From: a virus
Length of the DNA: 26,424 bases
Direction: 5' to 3' (one strand)
Virus record (IMG/VR): IMGVR_UViG_3300049215_000481
Span: 142,857 to 169,280 of that record
Shown here: positions 24,662 to 26,424 of the stretch, in pieces
Numbering within the stretch: the first letter of the stretch is position 1
Layout of the letters: each line of letters starts with the position of its first letter
Made by a program: the position numbers and the translations under genes
The notes under the pieces: generated by a model
The model's database searches: none
Told to the model about the DNA's origin: nothing
Seen by the model: only the letters and a program-made list of their open reading frames with translations

Positions 24662-24679
24662 GAGAGACTCCATGCGAGC

Positions 24680-24688
24680 GGCAATCTT
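24680..24688 (+). promoter_or_regulatory. class B promoter motif variant GGCAATCTT
   Basis: 6 nt to ATG 24695. Confidence 0.6.
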
Positions 24689-24694
24689 CTCGGC

Positions 24695-24823
24695 ATGGAA
24701 GCTAAGGCGTGTAAGGTTCTCGTGACCTTCGGCGACCTGCTGTTCTTCCTGGCCATCGGCTGGGTGCTGACGCCGTACCTCGACTGGGTCTTGGATCCTT
24801 GCTTATCCGGATCATGCACTTGA
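24695..24823 (+). pseudogene. 5' part of a small membrane protein gene, apparently interrupted by the IS near 24800
   Basis: MEAKACKVLVTFGDLLFFLAIGWVLTPYLDWVLDP then reads into the putative IS end. Confidence 0.45.
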
Positions 24824-24880
24824 CTACTACCCATAGACTAGCCCTCCACCGCGAAACTCGGGTGCTCCCAGTCGCCCGAG

Positions 24881-25864
24881 TTACAGTTCGGCGTAGGTGG
24901 CGCTTTCCGACTCGGCGCCGATGCCGAGCAAGGACTTGAAGGCGTTGAACGGGAAGAAGCGCCGGTTGAAGCGGAAGGTGAACTCGTTCAGGTAGGCTTG
25001 GAGATGCTGCGGGGCGACGCCGTGGTGTACGCCGATCAGCCATGCCTTGAGGTTCGAGAACACGAGGTGAATCAGCGGAAGGTGCTCCTCAGCGACCTCC
25101 GGGTTGCCGTTCTCGGCAAACGGATGGTGCTTAAAGTCGAAGGTCTTGAGCTTGCTGTAGGCGCTCCAGTCGTCCGTGATGATGTCCGAGCCAGGAGCCA
25201 CGGCCATCCGGGCGAACCCCGTGAGACTCTTGGATGTTCGGTCCGGCACAACGGCGAGGCGAAGACGGCCCGCGTAGCGCCCGCCGCGTCGCGGGATCGC
25301 CTTGCTTTGTTCGCCAAAGACGTTCTCCGAGGGCTTCGGGCCTTGGCGCTTGCGGACCTCTACGGCCCCAATGACGAGCGTCTGGTGGTGGACACCCTTC
25401 CCCTGGCCTCGTGTCTTGCCACCCACCCACGTCTCGTCCAACTCCACCGTGTGGACGCCCCCGATCATGTCGACGTCGCGGCGTACCATCCCGGCCCGGA
25501 GCTTGTGGAGGATCTGAAAGGCCGTCTCGTACCGGCCGAGCCCGAGTTGGCGCTGGAACTGGACAGCCGACATTCCGGGCGTGAGAGACGCCACGAGGTA
25601 GGCGCCCCAGAACCACGTCAGGAGCGGCGTGTGCGAGTCCTGCATCACGGTGCCCGCCGTCAACCGCGCTTCCTTCTTGCACGCCTTGAAGCGCAGCACG
25701 TGCGGGCGCGTGGCGATGCGTCCCGGCTCGCCGACCGTTCTGCAACTCGGGCAGGCGAAGCCAGACGGCCAGCGGACGCGCTCCATGTAGGCGGCGCAGT
25801 GCGCGTCGTCCGGAAAGAGCTTCTGGAACTCGGGGAGACTCTTGGGAAAGGGAAGATCGCCCAT
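24881..25864 (-). CDS. IS1595-family (ISXO2-like) DDE transposase
   Basis: RWPSGFACPSC Zn ribbon, LTAGTVM, VELDETWVGG, IITDDWSAY, HLQAYLNEFTFRFNRR. Confidence 0.92.
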   Translation of the reverse strand: MGDLPFPKSLPEFQKLFPDDAHCAAYMERVRWPSGFACPSCRTVGEPGRIATRPHVLRFKACKKEARLTAGTVMQDSHTPLLTWFWGAYLVASLTPGMSAVQFQRQLGLGRYETAFQILHKLRAGMVRRDVDMIGGVHTVELDETWVGGKTRGQGKGVHHQTLVIGAVEVRKRQGPKPSENVFGEQSKAIPRRGGRYAGRLRLAVVPDRTSKSLTGFARMAVAPGSDIITDDWSAYSKLKTFDFKHHPFAENGNPEVAEEHLPLIHLVFSNLKAWLIGVHHGVAPQHLQAYLNEFTFRFNRRFFPFNAFKSLLGIGAESESATYAEL

Positions 25865-25867
25865 GAC

Positions 25868-26424
25868 TTAACCTCCACACTCGCAAGCGCCGATGTCGAT
25901 CGACGCGCGCTCTTCTTCGTAAGGGCGGTTGCAGGTCAAACAGAACGACTTATAGTGATTTGGTGCCGCGCACTTACAAGCTTCGATGTTGATCGATTCA
26001 CGCTGTTTGACGGGACGTTTCAGTCCGATCTGGACGAGGTTGCGAAGGGTCGTGTCCTTCAAGATGGTGTGCCCGAAACGCTCCTCCAGCTTGGCGCGCT
26101 CCTCGAACACATCGGGCGCGTTTTTGGCCACGGCCAGCCAGTACGCTTTTCCACCGCGCACGCAGCCGACGCAGTTGGCGTGCTCGCTCCAGGTGTACAT
26201 TCGTGGCGGGCGAACGCCCAGCGACATACACCAGTCGGCGGCGGCCTGCTTCGTAATCTTGTCCTCGACCATCGGGAACCGCACAGAGAACCCGTCATTC
26301 TCCCATTCGCGCCTGTGGCCGATCCTCTCGGCCATCGCGTGCAGTTCCTGGATCGTGTCCGCGACCATGTGACATGATCTCCCGTACTTCCACCTACCGT
26401 AGTAGGCGAGCTTGTCGACGTACA
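25868..26424 (-). CDS. chimeric ORF: DUF4031-like N-terminus fused to a PAPS-reductase-like C-terminal fragment; starts outside the window
   Basis: frame open to the window edge: YVDKLAYYGRWKYGRSCHMVADTIQELHAMAERIGHRREW, then RFPM...PPRMY...HANCVGCVRGGKAYW...PDVFEERAKLEE. Confidence 0.55.
   Translation of the reverse strand, partial: YVDKLAYYGRWKYGRSCHMVADTIQELHAMAERIGHRREWENDGFSVRFPMVEDKITKQAAADWCMSLGVRPPRMYTWSEHANCVGCVRGGKAYWLAVAKNAPDVFEERAKLEERFGHTILKDTTLRNLVQIGLKRPVKQRESINIEACKCAAPNHYKSFCLTCNRPYEEERASIDIGACECGG

Larger units (their letters stand above)
24800..26424 (-). mobile_element. IS1595-family element with passenger DNA; the other end lies outside the window
   Basis: transposase ORF; candidate terminal sequence TGCTTATCCGGATCATGCACTT at 24800; shift in codon usage; partner IR and TSD not visible. 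Confidence 0.65.

Noticed and set aside
1-26424. Long antisense or alternate-frame ORFs (e.g. 14028..15500, 16175..17545, 18200..19588, 24998..26377)
   Set aside because: Typical high-GC3 shadows of real genes, with no motifs or start signals.
1-26424. Stop-codon reassignment suggested by the ACA-anticodon tRNA
   Set aside because: TGA, TAG and TAA all end recognisable genes at expected positions, with many ATGA/GTGA couplings.
1-26424. CRISPR array
   Set aside because: No regularly spaced direct repeats; the recurring 8-9-mers are dispersed at gene starts.

Overview
A GC-rich segment of a large tailed-phage genome, probably myovirus-like; the host cannot be determined from this window. Structural genes include a beta-helix tail-fibre-like protein, chaperone-like ORFs, a tape measure, a baseplate hub and a spike. 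They are interleaved with accessory genes: ClpP-like protease, UDG-like protein, cupin, SLT transglycosylase, Dam-type methylase, BCS1-like AAA ATPase, RlaP-like nucleotidyltransferase, GIY-YIG and Endo VII nucleases, KTSC and RNase HI. An IS1595 element runs off the right end. Main observations: (1) a phage tmRNA with a long 28-codon tag, flanked by the RlaP-like gene and an atypical tRNA-like gene; (2) a readable three-class promoter grammar (WTCGCTAT x11, CGCAATCTT x5 plus one variant, sigma70-like x2) that places start codons at a fixed distance, implying mostly leaderless mRNAs; (3) a promoter- and terminator-bounded ~135-nt candidate small RNA; (4) about six single-site frame breaks that may be consensus errors. 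All family calls come from motif recognition by eye; no database searches were run.
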